Assembly (NCBI GenBank): GCA_965205425.1
Contig: CBDBGZ010000004.1
Coordinates: forward strand, 128,001 to 192,000
DNA: 64,000 bases
Origin: Nitrosopumilus sp.
GTDB taxonomy: Archaea; Thermoproteota; Nitrososphaeria; Nitrososphaerales; Nitrosopumilaceae
Direction: 5' to 3'
Shown here in pieces: positions 10,910-22,478 of this stretch; the first letter of the stretch is position 1, and each line of letters opens with the position of its first letter. The notes under the pieces are model-generated. The model was not told where the DNA came from and made no database searches. It was given only the letters and a program-made list of their open reading frames with translations. A program made the position numbers and the translations under genes.

Positions 10910-11821
10910 TTACTCCAGTTTCAATGGTATGCTCATACTACCAAAGTCTTCGTTGATTCTAAAGGTATAACTTTTTGAAGAATCATACTCAAACTCAGTT
11001 CCACCATATCCAATGTTTGGACCAAAGAGGAAATTGAATTCTCTTGAATCACCAGAATTCAATACAATTTGTCCACTGGTAAAGTCCATTCCAGAATATT
11101 TGAAGATCTTGGAACCATCTGATACATCATATGCACAGATAGAAGGACTAGTACAGTTGATTGCAGCTACATCCGAACCAGTATTTTCTGCCAACATACG
11201 AATTGTCAATATGGGTTGCCCAGTTGGGGTGATTTCAAATTCACTCCCTTCAGAACCCATACCAAACCAATAGTATGTGATTGGTCCAATATCAAAATGC
11301 TCAGCATCTGTTTGATATTTGTAAAGCTCTATAGCTTTATCAAGTGGTTTTTCACAATCAATTCTTTTGTATGCTTTGATGATTTCAGAGCATTTTTCTA
11401 ATTCTGCTTGTAGTGCTACCAACTTTGAATCATTAGTACTAGATTCAATAGGAGTCGTTTGCATTGATTCAGAATCGGTAGATACTGAAATGAGCCCAGA
11501 CTTTATCAAATGCTGAATTGCATTTACAAATTCACCATCAGTGATAACATCCTCAGCCCACCATCCAGCAGTATTCTTTACCCAATCTGGAACACCTTCA
11601 GATGTTTCAGAAGAGACGATTGTTGGTGGAACTTGAATGATTTCATCTATTATTAAAAATTCTACACCTGAAATAAATTCAGATTCAGTAATAGTGCCAT
11701 CAGCCCACCATCCAGCAGTATTCTTTACCCAATCTGGAACTTCTGCATAAGTAGTGGATACAGTTGAGGTTACTCCAAACAGTAGTGCAATTGTTGAAAT
11801 TGCAGCCATTGTTGTTTTCAT
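10910..11821 (-). CDS. Exported protein with two VPDWVKNTAGWWA repeats
   Basis: Signal peptide plus duplicated repeat common in thaumarchaeal surface proteins. Confidence 0.8.
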   Translation of the reverse strand: MKTTMAAISTIALLFGVTSTVSTTYAEVPDWVKNTAGWWADGTITESEFISGVEFLIIDEIIQVPPTIVSSETSEGVPDWVKNTAGWWAEDVITDGEFVNAIQHLIKSGLISVSTDSESMQTTPIESSTNDSKLVALQAELEKCSEIIKAYKRIDCEKPLDKAIELYKYQTDAEHFDIGPITYYWFGMGSEGSEFEITPTGQPILTIRMLAENTGSDVAAINCTSPSICAYDVSDGSKIFKYSGMDFTSGQIVLNSGDSREFNFLFGPNIGYGGTEFEYDSSKSYTFRINEDFGSMSIPLKLE

Positions 11822-11980
11822 AGTGACAATTTTTGCTCATCGTATATAATCTAGTGGTAGGATAATTTACTAGTGCTAATTATCAGTCTTTTTAAGCATG
11901 GAATATCACTAAAAATGTCAATATTAGCACTATAATAGAAAGTTAGCATTAGTTATATGCAATGAAAGTAAATTCAGAAT

Positions 11981-12823
11981 ATGACATACATTAGAGTAAA
12001 AAATGTCAAATCTGATCAGTATCTCTATCTTGTCAAAAGTGTGTGGGATTCAAAAAAGAAAACATCAAACCAAGAAATTATCAAATATTTGGGAAAAGCA
12101 TCAGAAGTAACTGAAGAAGACATACCAGTAGATTACAAAAAAGATGCCAAAATATTATCAATGGTTGCAAAGTATAATCCAAAAAATATCAAAAATAGTC
12201 AAAACATAACAAAAAAAATTCAAGCGAAACTATACAAAAAATTAGCAGAAGGAAACATTCAAGATGCATTGAAACTATATGAAGAATATACAAATAATTT
12301 TAATTTTGTGAATTTCTTAGATATAATTTTCAAACCAGTAATGTATAAAATTGGAGATGATTGGGATGCAAGTAAAATTAGTATTGCTACAGAACATATT
12401 GCAAGTAATACAGCACAAATTTTAGTAAGCAAAATAAGTAAACAGGTTTCCGGAAGTGCAAAAAAGAAAAAAGTTTTGATTTGTGTTCCAATAGGAGAAG
12501 AACACAGACTAGGTTGCGACGTGCTTGAAACTTATCTTTCATCTAAAGGATTCAAAACATACAACATGGGAACTTCAATTCCAACTGAAGCAATATTGAA
12601 TTTTATCGACGAGGAAAAACCAGACATTGTATTTTTATCAATAACAATTAAAGATAATCTTCAAGCAGGTCAAAGATTAGTAAAAAAAATCAAAGAGAAA
12701 TCAAGTGTTCCTATCATAGTAGGAGGATTGGCAGTACAAGGAGATAATCCTCCAGAATTTGATGCTAAAATAATATCAAATATGGCACTAGATGAAATTC
12801 CAAAAATCATCAGAGCAGCCTAA
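11981..12823 (+). CDS. Cobalamin (B12)-binding domain protein
   Basis: IGDDW...EHIAS and GEEHRLG...IIVGG motifs. Confidence 0.85.
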   Translation: MTYIRVKNVKSDQYLYLVKSVWDSKKKTSNQEIIKYLGKASEVTEEDIPVDYKKDAKILSMVAKYNPKNIKNSQNITKKIQAKLYKKLAEGNIQDALKLYEEYTNNFNFVNFLDIIFKPVMYKIGDDWDASKISIATEHIASNTAQILVSKISKQVSGSAKKKKVLICVPIGEEHRLGCDVLETYLSSKGFKTYNMGTSIPTEAILNFIDEEKPDIVFLSITIKDNLQAGQRLVKKIKEKSSVPIIVGGLAVQGDNPPEFDAKIISNMALDEIPKIIRAA

Positions 12824-12843
12824 AAATTACCACTAGAGAGAAA

Positions 12844-13080
12844 ATGGTGCTTTATTCAAATATGATGAAAACAAAATTAACACAGGTAAAAAATATGGGT
12901 AGAACATGTAGAGGTATTTGTGAAATGCACAAAGCTGAACCAGTTTCAAACAAAATCAGATATGAGATTGGACAAAAAAGATGCACATATTGTGGGATTT
13001 TTTTCGCATCAGAAGATATTAGATGTATTTGTTGCAAGGCAGTTTTAAGAACAAAGCCAAGATCTAGGAAAGCAAAATAG
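12844..13080 (+). CDS. Small Cys-rich zinc-binding protein
   Basis: CRGIC, CTYC and CICC motifs. Confidence 0.7.
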   Translation: MVLYSNMMKTKLTQVKNMGRTCRGICEMHKAEPVSNKIRYEIGQKRCTYCGIFFASEDIRCICCKAVLRTKPRSRKAK

Positions 13081-13100
13081 GATTTTAAAGAAAACAAAAA

Positions 13101-13206
13101 GGCGCAAACCCCTAACTGCAGAACTCTGAGAGATTTCCTCTCGTGGTCAAACGTCTAAACGTCTGATTGCCTTTCTCGTTCTGCGGGGCAGCGCAGTCTA
13201 ATCGCC
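13101..13206 (-). ncRNA. Candidate structured non-coding RNA
   Basis: GC-rich island with nested stems; G-U pairing favours the minus strand. Confidence 0.45.
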
Positions 13207-13351
13207 AGATTTTATAACTAACGACATCAATTACTATAAGACAAATAACTATTTAACATTTAGTACAAATTATTTCAAGAAAATTAACATAATATTGAAA
13301 ATTTCAGCACATCAAAAAAATCAAACGAAGAATCGAACATCTGATTATTAC

Positions 13352-14377
13352 GGGTGTGTCCTAAAACTATCCTCTAACATGTTTTGTAACCCCCATCAAA
13401 TTAACAACTCGTATGTTGTAACAAATTACACGCAACGCCAACTCTTTTCTTTGAACCAACTTGTTTTTTGATGACAAGCTATTTCCAAAGATTCTTTTGA
13501 GTACTGCAAATACTGATTCAACAAGTGACCTCTTGTGATAATGTCTGTCAAATTCATCTTGATTGTCCTGGAATAATGTTATCATTTTTTTCCATGATGC
13601 AGAGCCTTTGGGATTTCTAACTGTGTTCTTCTTTGGTTTGATGTATGGTATCTTTTGCAGAGTAGCTACCATATTGCAAATGTCTCGTGACAAATATGCA
13701 GGATCTGCACAAAAATCACCAATTCCCTTTGGAATGTCTTTGATTAGTTTTTTGAGAATTGGTGCATCACCACGAGTTCCTTTAGTAATGTCAAAAGATA
13801 CTATTGCCATGGACTGTATTGCAATTAGGATGTGCAGTTTTAGATATAATTTCTTGGATTTGTGCGTGTTTGTCTTGATGTCAAACCAAGCCTCACATCT
13901 TTTGGTACCAAATCCTGAACTGTCAGGAGCTATGTCTTTTTTTTGATTGGTTCTGTGAGTTTTGCGTTTACCTTTTTCAAATAAGGCATTGGAATTCTTT
14001 TTAGACTGTCATTAATGACAGTCTTGCTTGGTGCTTTTTTGAGCTCCATTATTTCCAACAGATCCGGCCTTGATCTCAAGTGGGACTCCATGGAACGATA
14101 ATCCAATCCAAACTTTACCTTTAGCATTGCACACATTATCTTTGCTTTTGTTGGAAATGCAGGACGTCCGCCTGTCTTTGGTTCCCATGGTGTATCCATA
14201 CTCCAAACTGTCTTCTTTACTTTTTCCAAGAATAGAATCTCCTCATCCTTGCGATATGTGCCATATACTTGCCAGTCTCTTTTTGATTTGTTTTGCATAG
14301 TTGTTGTGATTCCATGCGATCAATATGTTACAGAATTGAATAAAATTGTTATATTTGTCTACTTTTAGGACACACCC
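13352..14377 (-). mobile_element. IS5-family element copy 1; transposase in two frames joined at A-AAA-AAG (probable -1 frameshift)
   Basis: 15-bp TIR GGGTGTGTCCTAAAA; ADPAY and HKRSLVESVF DDE motifs; matches 23969-24994. Confidence 0.88.
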
Positions 14378-14425
14378 CAGTTTGACAGTTCAGTTTTATC
14401 TGATGTTTGGAACCCATACATGTAT

Positions 14426-14463
14426 TATGCCCCCTAAAATATTAAATATAAGTATGCCCCCTA
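14426..14463 (+). promoter_or_regulatory. Direct repeats TATGCCCCCTA flanking a TATA-like core (probable TA operator)
   Basis: Repeats at 14426-14436 and 14453-14463 around TTAAATATA, 10 bp before ATG. Confidence 0.5.
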
Positions 14464-14473
14464 CTATTGTATA

Positions 14474-14641
14474 ATGTTGGTAAAAATAGTTAGAAAACTT
14501 AATCGAAAAGTAGGTAAAGAAACGTATTACAAATATTTGATTCCTATATCCACAAAACAAATGGAAGAGTTAGGATGGGATGAAAATACACAAGTTGTTA
14601 CAAATGTTAAAACTAAAAAATTAGTCGTTGAGAGACAATGA
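14474..14641 (+). CDS. AbrB/MazE-like antitoxin
   Basis: Manual translation ...YLIPISTKQMEELGW...KLVVERQ*, 55 aa; overlaps the toxin by ATGA. Confidence 0.65.
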   Translation: MLVKIVRKLNRKVGKETYYKYLIPISTKQMEELGWDENTQVVTNVKTKKLVVERQ

Positions 14642-15009
14642 TTCAGTACATAACAAAATCCACAGTTGAAAAAATCAGAGAATCTCTAGAGTTAGAAGAG
14701 GAAGAAAATTCATACAATTATGAAGGAGGTTTGGAACTCACATTAGATATGATAAAGACAGTGTTTCAAGACGATATAATCGGTAAGGCATACTATTTGT
14801 TAAAAGAGATAACTTTAGGCCATTACTTTAACGGTGGAAACAAAAGAACAGCATTGTTGACGACCCGTGTTTTTCTTAACATAAACGATTACAGTCTAAA
14901 ATATGAAGAAGGCTCAGGATTTTTGCTGACCATGATGATTAACTATAATCTTTTAACAGAAGAACAGATAAAAAATTGGTTGAAAAAGAATATGGAGGAA
15001 AAGAAATGA
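14638..15009 (+). CDS. Fic/Doc-family toxin
   Basis: HYFNGGNKRTA, a variant of the Doc motif HxFxDGNKR. Confidence 0.8.
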   Translation: MIQYITKSTVEKIRESLELEEEENSYNYEGGLELTLDMIKTVFQDDIIGKAYYLLKEITLGHYFNGGNKRTALLTTRVFLNINDYSLKYEEGSGFLLTMMINYNLLTEEQIKNWLKKNMEEKK

Positions 15010-15224
15010 AGACAATAAAGGAGGTAATTGAGGAAGAAATTAGAAAATCTCAAGGAGATTTAGAGATGTTCAAATCATTTGATCAAAATCCATATGACTT
15101 AAAATCTGCCAGTGAATCAGGCATTGCCGATTTGCTTCGGGACATCATGCCAAAATCTACTGAAGGGAAAGTTCTCTTAGGCGGACTAGTCGTGCTAGGA
15201 TTATTAGCATTGTCTAAGAAATGA
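15006..15224 (+). CDS. Small protein with C-terminal TM helix
   Basis: ATGA-coupled to the Doc gene. Confidence 0.6.
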   Translation: MKTIKEVIEEEIRKSQGDLEMFKSFDQNPYDLKSASESGIADLLRDIMPKSTEGKVLLGGLVVLGLLALSKK

Positions 15225-15353
15225 GAGCAAATCAAACATCAGGTTCTGGGTAATCTTCGAGACCTGGAATATGGATCTTCCTCGTGTTAAGTGTAGAGAC
15301 CTAAAAACGAAAATTAAATTCCAATTATTTGAAAATTATATGTATTTAATTTT

Positions 15354-16263
15354 GGTGATTATCAATTATTCACCACCAACACATAATCTAACAATAATGA
15401 GAAAGTATCTTCCATCTCTGTTGTTGTATCTCCATTCCATCTCTTTGATGTATAACAAGAATTTACCTGGACTGACTCCGTGATGCTTTGCCATGTTCTC
15501 TTTTGCAAAACTCCAAAACCCTTCGATTCCATTTATGTAAACATCGCCTTTACCAAACATCTTGCTGTGGTCTATTGAGAGATGTTTGTAGCCGTTGAAA
15601 ATTAGCGAATCATATCCTCTCCTCTTGTCCGTATACACAATGCTTCCTTTCTTTACTTTCTTGATTGTTCCTGCAAGCAATGTCTTTGCCTTGACATTGT
15701 TTACAATCTCAACGTGAACTTTTCCCTTTCTTTTCAGTATGCCAAATACGATGGTCTTGTTCTTGGCACCTCTGCCACGATTTCCCTTTCTTTTTCCTCC
15801 AAAATAGTCGCCTCGTCAGCCTCAATTTTCCCTTTTAGTTTCTTGTCTGATTCTGCTAGATGATACAGTATGGCATATCTGATGCAATCAAAAGCATTTA
15901 GTGCAAGTTGGATAACTGACACCTGCTTCTCTAGCTGCACGTCTTGCACTAATCCCAATATCAAATAATTTGACTAGGGCCAACCATTTTGTAAAATTAA
16001 TGTTGATGATATCAAACCATGTTCCAGCAAACGGTCTATAATCTGTCTTGCAATCTTTGCATCTTAGTTTCCCTCTTGAAATAATATAGTAATTCTCAGA
16101 GTTACATGATGAACAATGAATTGTGTTTTTCTTTTTGAATTGGTTGCAGAGAAATTCCAATGCAGTTGATTTGTTGTGAATTATTTTAGATAACTCAATT
16201 ATGTTGATTGTTTTTTCCAATAATTACTCAAAAATAGTTGGTGGTAATAGGTTTACAATCACC
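15354..16263 (-). mobile_element. IS1595-family element, frameshifted transposase
   Basis: TIRs starting GGTGATT; Zn finger, EADE, YTD and INGIEGFWS motifs; split into 3 ORFs. Confidence 0.85.
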
Positions 16264-16327
16264 AAATAATATATCAAAATGATACCCATGTTATTGACAA
16301 CAAAAATTGTCAATGGGAGATTAGAAA

Positions 16328-16780
16328 ATGAAAAGTAGATATAAAATTTTAATTGCAATAATCAGTGTTTCATCTATTGGAATATTGCTATTTGAAATTT
16401 CAGATAATTTTTCTAATGATTTAATTCGTGATATGATAAAAGATGATGCAATCAAAAATTATCAAATGCTAGACACTACTTGCAATGATGCCAATGGAAA
16501 ACCTGATGCAGAATGCTTCATTAATGCATTTGATGAATGTAAATCTGCAACAATAAAACATATGGGTTCTACTTTTGAAGGTGATCCTATTTTTTATTAT
16601 GTTGCAATTATGCCTGAAGACTCGTGTCAAATTCATCTTGAGATAGATATCAGTCAGGATAAATGGAAAGGAATTGCCACTAAAGGAATAATTCAAAGAA
16701 CTTGTACCGATATTCAACTAGAGGAATATAAAATACAGTTTCAATGTGGTGATGATGAGTATGCATTTTACTTGCGTTAA
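16328..16780 (+). CDS. Membrane-anchored Cys-containing hypothetical protein
   Basis: N-terminal TM segment; EGDPI motif. Confidence 0.7.
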   Translation: MKSRYKILIAIISVSSIGILLFEISDNFSNDLIRDMIKDDAIKNYQMLDTTCNDANGKPDAECFINAFDECKSATIKHMGSTFEGDPIFYYVAIMPEDSCQIHLEIDISQDKWKGIATKGIIQRTCTDIQLEEYKIQFQCGDDEYAFYLR

Positions 16781-16793
16781 GAGAATATGAAAA

Positions 16794-18104
16794 CTAGATA
16801 TCTTCTACACATCTAAATCCTGAAAATAACCAACGTTCGTCTAATCTAAAGAAATTCCTATAACTTCCTCTAATTGACATTTTTGGAGTTCCAAAAGAAC
16901 CTCCTCTCAAAACTTTTTGGTTGGTGAACCACTTGTCATTATACTCGTCAAATCCTGATTTGAATCCAGGGTATCCTGTAAATTCTGATGTGGTCCATTC
17001 CCAAACATCTCCAATCATTTGCTGACAACCGAAATGACTTGCTCCTTCTGGGTATGATCCTATTTCTGAACAACTCCAATTGTATGATTCAAGCAAATTA
17101 CATTTTTCTGATGTAGGATTTTCATTTCCCCATGGGAACGTTGTTTTTTCTTTTTCTTCTTCATTCCAACAAGCTGCTTTCTCCCATTCAGCTTCATTTG
17201 GAAGTCTTTTACCTGCCCATTTACAATATGCATCTGCTTCGTAGTAACTAACATGGCATACAGGTTCATCTGGATTTATTTTTCTAATCCCTATAAAATC
17301 TCTAACATGCCAAATCCCATCAATTTTTTCCCAATACATTGGAGAATTCCATTTGTTTGCTTTGACTTTTCCCCATCCGTCTGATAACCAATATTTGTAA
17401 GTATCATATCCTCCAGATTCTATGAATTCTAGATATTGTTTATTTGTAATTGGAAATACATCCATTTTATAATCATTCAAGAAAACTTTGTGTTCTGGTA
17501 ATTCAATGTCGTAGCAAAATTCTCTACCATTATTTCCCATTGTGTATAATCCCCCACTGATTTGCTTTGATTTAATTTCAGTGTTGATTGATTTTGGAAT
17601 TTCATTTTTCTTAACAGGTCTATATTGTTCTGCAAGTAAATGTTGTAAATCATAAACTAAAAGTTCTTGATGTTGACATTCATGATGAAATCCCATCACT
17701 ATCATTTTTGTGGAATCTTCACTTAATGCCTGAGTGTCGATAAATTTCTCTACTCTCTGGTTTATCGTGTTAAAGTATTGAAAAATTTGATCTGTTGTTG
17801 GTCTTGATACTACTCCCCGTAAGCCTTTATCATGTGGAACTCCGAACTGTTGATAGTAGGAATTGAGATATTCTGAAAATTCTTTAGAGTAAAATTCATA
17901 ATTTTTATCAATTTTACTCATTATTGCCTCATAAATCCAACTCACATGACCTATGTGCCATTTTGGTGGACTCATAAAAAATGCAGTTTGTACGACAAAA
18001 TCATCTCTTTCTAAAGTTTTTACAAGTTCTAACGTTCTACTTCGTGTTTCTTTAAACTGTTCTAGTAATGCATTTCTTGAATCAAGTTCTGGATTTGATG
18101 TCAA
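16794..18104 (-). CDS. egtB: Ergothioneine biosynthesis sulfoxide synthase EgtB
   Basis: SPPKWHIGH and HECQHQEL motifs plus FGE-sulfatase domain. Confidence 0.9.
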   Translation of the reverse strand: MTSNPELDSRNALLEQFKETRSRTLELVKTLERDDFVVQTAFFMSPPKWHIGHVSWIYEAIMSKIDKNYEFYSKEFSEYLNSYYQQFGVPHDKGLRGVVSRPTTDQIFQYFNTINQRVEKFIDTQALSEDSTKMIVMGFHHECQHQELLVYDLQHLLAEQYRPVKKNEIPKSINTEIKSKQISGGLYTMGNNGREFCYDIELPEHKVFLNDYKMDVFPITNKQYLEFIESGGYDTYKYWLSDGWGKVKANKWNSPMYWEKIDGIWHVRDFIGIRKINPDEPVCHVSYYEADAYCKWAGKRLPNEAEWEKAACWNEEEKEKTTFPWGNENPTSEKCNLLESYNWSCSEIGSYPEGASHFGCQQMIGDVWEWTTSEFTGYPGFKSGFDEYNDKWFTNQKVLRGGSFGTPKMSIRGSYRNFFRLDERWLFSGFRCVEDI

Positions 18105-18152
18105 TATTGAAAAATTGTTTTTTTCTATTATTATATTTGTGGGTATTATTTT

Positions 18153-19607
18153 CTAATATCCTCTGGCAAAAATTGGTCTTGACACACTCTGTTCTTGACA
18201 GTAAATGCATTTTTGATTTGTAATTTCACTTCCAAATGGAATTACTCTTATTTCTGCACCTGTTTCCTCTTTGATTTTATCTTCACACTCTAATTTTCCA
18301 CACCATGGAGAGTTGAAGAATCCTCCTTTTTCTATTTTTGATTTAAATTCTGAATAATCTGAAATGTCTAATGTGTTGTTTTTTGCTTGCTCTTTGGCTT
18401 TTGTTAACATCTCAACTTGAATTTCATCTAATATTGTAGGGATTTTTTCTGTTTCATCAAATTTCAAATTTATTTTCTCTAAATTGTAACGTTTTGCAAC
18501 AACTATGCTTTCTTTTTCAATATCTTTTGGTCCAACCTCAATTCTTAGTGGCACCCCTTTCATTTCCCAATCATTGAATTTGTATCCTGGTGACAATCCC
18601 TCTCTTTCATCTATCTGTACTCTGATATCTTTTGATTCTAATGCATTTTTGATTTCTTCAACTTTTGACAATACTGTATTTTTACCTTCATCATTTCTGT
18701 AAATAGGTACGATTACTACTTGTATTGGAGCTACTTTTGGTGGTAACACTAATCCTTTATCATCCCCGTGAGCCATGATCATCGCTCCAATCAATCTCCA
18801 TGAAACTCCCCATGATGTTTGCCATGCAAAATGTTCTACGTTATCTTTATCTGCAAATTTAACTTCAAATGGTTTTGAAAAGTTTTGTCCTAAGAAATGT
18901 GATGTACCCATTTGTAGTGCTTTACCGTCTGGCATTATTGATTCCATGGTAGTTGTATACACTGCACCGACAAATTTCTCTTTCTCACTTTTCTTTCCAG
19001 TACTTACTGGAATTGCAAGTTCTTCTTCTACTGTATTTTTGTAAATATCTAAAATTTTCATTACTTCTTTTTCTGCCTCTTCTTGTGTGACATGTACTGT
19101 GTGACCTTCTTGCCACAAAAATTCTGAAGTTCTAAGAAATGGTTTAGTTGCTTTGATTTCAGCTCTCAAAGCTGTATTCCAAAAATTAATTTTTAATGGT
19201 AAATCTCTCCAACTTTGAATCCATTTTGAATATAGTGTATATGCTAATGTTTCCGATGTTGGTCTTAATGCAAGTCTGTCTCCTACTTCATTGATTCCTG
19301 AATGAGTTACCCAAAACACTTCTGGATTAAATCCTGCAAAATGTTTTTGTTCTTTACCTAGTAGTGATTCTGGAATTAATATTGGCAAAAACCCATTTCT
19401 GATTCCATTTTTAGCAAATTTCTTATCAAATGTACTTCTTAGTGATTCCCATATTGAATACCCGTCAGGTCTGAGAACAATTAGTCCTTTGACTGGAGCA
19501 TAATCTGCTAATTTGGCTTTGAGCACGACTTGAGTATACCATTCACTAAAATCATCATTTTTTGAAACTGTAATCCCTATGTCTTCTTTACCCAAACTAG
19601 AATTCAA
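18153..19607 (-). CDS. proS: Prolyl-tRNA synthetase
   Basis: RPTSE, FLRTSEFLWQEGH and TSWGVSWR motifs; C-terminal ARGY. Confidence 0.97.
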   Translation of the reverse strand: MNSSLGKEDIGITVSKNDDFSEWYTQVVLKAKLADYAPVKGLIVLRPDGYSIWESLRSTFDKKFAKNGIRNGFLPILIPESLLGKEQKHFAGFNPEVFWVTHSGINEVGDRLALRPTSETLAYTLYSKWIQSWRDLPLKINFWNTALRAEIKATKPFLRTSEFLWQEGHTVHVTQEEAEKEVMKILDIYKNTVEEELAIPVSTGKKSEKEKFVGAVYTTTMESIMPDGKALQMGTSHFLGQNFSKPFEVKFADKDNVEHFAWQTSWGVSWRLIGAMIMAHGDDKGLVLPPKVAPIQVVIVPIYRNDEGKNTVLSKVEEIKNALESKDIRVQIDEREGLSPGYKFNDWEMKGVPLRIEVGPKDIEKESIVVAKRYNLEKINLKFDETEKIPTILDEIQVEMLTKAKEQAKNNTLDISDYSEFKSKIEKGGFFNSPWCGKLECEDKIKEETGAEIRVIPFGSEITNQKCIYCQEQSVSRPIFARGY

Positions 19608-19689
19608 TGAATTAATTTAACTAATGAGCCTTTCGTGAGGGGTTTTCGTCATATTTATTTATGAAAACTCCCAAGAATGTATGTGAAAC

Positions 19690-20731
19690 TGTTCTTTCCA
19701 AAAATTATTTCGTGTCACTTTCATGAGTAATTCCTCCATAGAATGCTTGGGTCTATGAGTATTTCGTTTGTTATCATCTTGGAGTGATACGCATCAGATG
19801 GTGTCTCCATGTTATCCAAGTCTAGTGCGCCATGAACTCTAATGTGATTGTACCAATGCATAAACTGCTCCACTGACTCAAAGTATTCTATTTTACACTC
19901 AAAGATATCCCAGAACTTTTCTAGCTTACCATTTGTTTGTGGATGTCTCACTCTTGTACGAGAGTGCTTTACGTGATGTCTCATTAGTTGCTGCTCAAAG
20001 TCTACTGGCTTGTTATGATCAAGAGTATTGACATTTGATGTGAACTGTTTTCCATTATCAGATAGTACAGATGCTGGTCTACCGTGATTCTTTATTGCAT
20101 CAGATAGTACTTCAGAAGAATTCACAGATGTTGCCTCATCATACACTCCGAAACCCGTGATAAATCGTGAGGCATCATCTTCAAATGCAATTAGTTGTTT
20201 TCCTGCCCAGCGTGAATCATGTATTGTGTGCCAGTCAGTATGCCACAGTGAATTTGAATATTCACGTTCATACCTGATCCACTTTCTTCTCATCTTTTTC
20301 CGTGGTTGCTCAACTGATAATCCTTCATCTAGCATAATCTTGTGGATGCGATTGTGGTTTATCTTGGTATTGTACAATTTTGATATGATTTTCTCAAGGT
20401 ATAGTGCGTTTGTATGAAATTTTTCTTGAACTTGTTTGACTAGCTCTATCTCGTGTACAGTGACTGGCTTTTTTGGACGCCCTGGTCTTTTGAGTGTGGG
20501 AATCTTTTTGGTTTTTTTGTACTGAGAGTAGACTTGTTGTACTCTTCTAGGCGTTATCTTGAGGATTACTGAAATATCTAAATTCTTGACTTTTTCATTT
20601 TTAGATTGTATAATCCACCTGATCTTATTCTCATCTAACTTTACCATAGGTATGCCACGATACCCACGCATACGATAGTATGGGAATGATGCTCTCCTAG
20701 TTAAGGGGTGAAATAATTTCCGGAAAAGATA
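19690..20731 (-). mobile_element. IS481-family element, type A copy 2
   Basis: Near-identical to 5640-6681; 15-bp flanks exchanged with copy 3. Confidence 0.9.
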
Positions 20732-20774
20732 CAAGAACAGTAAATTGAAAAGACTTATGACTGGGGCATACGTC

Positions 20775-21737
20775 TTATTTTGTTGGTATTTTGTTTAACT
20801 TTTCGATAATGTTTTTTTCTAATTCTATGATTTTTTCTTTTACTATTTTTGATTTTTCGTATTTGATTCCCTTATATTCAATTATTTTGTATTTTTTTAT
20901 GCTCAGTTCATAATTATTATCCTTAATTTCCTTAATTGGAACAAAGAAGTGTTTCTCCTTCCTATCTTTGTTGTCTTCTTTGTGTCTGTTCTTGAATTTT
21001 TCAATTATATCTGGAATGTCATCTTGCTCAATCTTAGTTCTCTTGTCATCTAAACTAAATCCATCATTTTCCATATCATAAAACCAAACTTCTTTTGTTG
21101 GTTCACCTTTTATGAAAAACAAAACTGCCGTAGAAACTCCTGCATATGGTTTAAAAACCCCTGATGGCATAGAAATTATTGCATTGAGATTACATCTTTC
21201 AAGTAATAATTTTCTTATTTTTTGATGTGCATTTGAAGTTCCAAATAATGCCCCATCTGGAACAATAACTGAACATCTTCCACTCATTCGCAAAAGATTA
21301 AACATTAATTCTAAAAATAATACTTCTGTCTTTTTTGTCTGAATCCTAAAGTTATCTCCAAGCTCTGACTGATCAATACTTCCCTTGAAAGGTGGATTGG
21401 CTAGAACAATATCATAATAATTTGATTCGCTATATCTTTTAGATAATGTATTTTTCCTTTCAATGTTTGGATTTCTAATTCCATGCATCATCAAATTCAT
21501 TAAAGAAATTCTTGTCATTGTCTGATCAAAGTCAAATCCATATAGACTCTCTTCTCTGAGAATTTCCCATTGGGAATCATTCATTTTATCTCCTGCAAAA
21601 TTCCCTTCTCTGAGTAATCCCTTTGAAGTTTTATTTTTTAGAATGTGTTCATATGAGGCAATAAGAAAACCTGCAGTTCCACAGGCTGGATCACAAATTT
21701 TGTCCCCATATTTTGGGTCTAAAATATCAACCATCAT
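20775..21737 (-). pseudogene. hsdM: Type I R-M methyltransferase (HsdM), N-terminally truncated
   Basis: DPACGTAGFL and ANPPF motifs; N-terminal domain missing; no hsdR/S nearby. Confidence 0.8.
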
Positions 21738-21849
21738 GTTGGTGAATACAAAAAACCTATGAAAGATTTTCTTTCAAAATTTATGGGCAAAAATCGAAAT
21801 CCATCAGAAACTTTTTTGGAAGAAGAAAAATATCGATTTACAAAAATAT

Positions 21850-22149
21850 TCAAGTAAATGAAAAAATAATGTTAACCTTTTTTGTGCCTAATTCTTGTTG
21901 TACATCTGGAAAAACTAATTCTTTGAAAGCAATAATAGTAATTTTAGCAGGGAATTTACTAAGAAATAAACGGACATCACTAGCATAATTAACATGCATC
22001 ATTTCAGCAGGAATAACCATTCCAAGTCTTCCTCCATCATTAAGACTGAACATTCCCGCAATTAGAAAAGGAGCCCAGATATTGGTGAGTTTATTTGATT
22101 TTATTCCTGCAGATTCCACAATTTTCTTTGCTTCTTTTTTAGATAGCAT
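21850..22149 (-). pseudogene. Internal fragment of an Eco57I-like DNA methyltransferase
   Basis: NIWAPFL...GGRLGMVIPAE...VFPDVQQ segment only. Confidence 0.55.
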
Positions 22150-22416
22150 CTATTCCTCCAAATATTCCTGGATTTTATTTTTCATCTTTGGATTCAGACT
22201 GACTTCTAATCCATATCCTGTAGGTTTTGATAAAATCAGATTTTCTTTGATCAGAGATTCTCCCATTTTATCTATTTTTTTGAAACCCTGTTTTCCAGTA
22301 TCTCGTTGACTGAATCCTTTTTTGAGATTCTCAAATGAGGTATGGCTAGCACCCCAATTTCCACGTCTGTAGAGTTTTCGTATGATTCTACCTTTGATTT
22401 TATCGTCTGTTAGCAT
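22150..22416 (-). CDS. Small basic hypothetical protein
   Basis: 88-aa ORF divergent from the wHTH gene. Confidence 0.6.
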   Translation of the reverse strand: MLTDDKIKGRIIRKLYRRGNWGASHTSFENLKKGFSQRDTGKQGFKKIDKMGESLIKENLILSKPTGYGLEVSLNPKMKNKIQEYLEE

Positions 22417-22478
22417 GTGTTCACTTATAGTACCTTTGTTGGTTCACATTTAAATACATTTAAAATCATAGTATTGCT

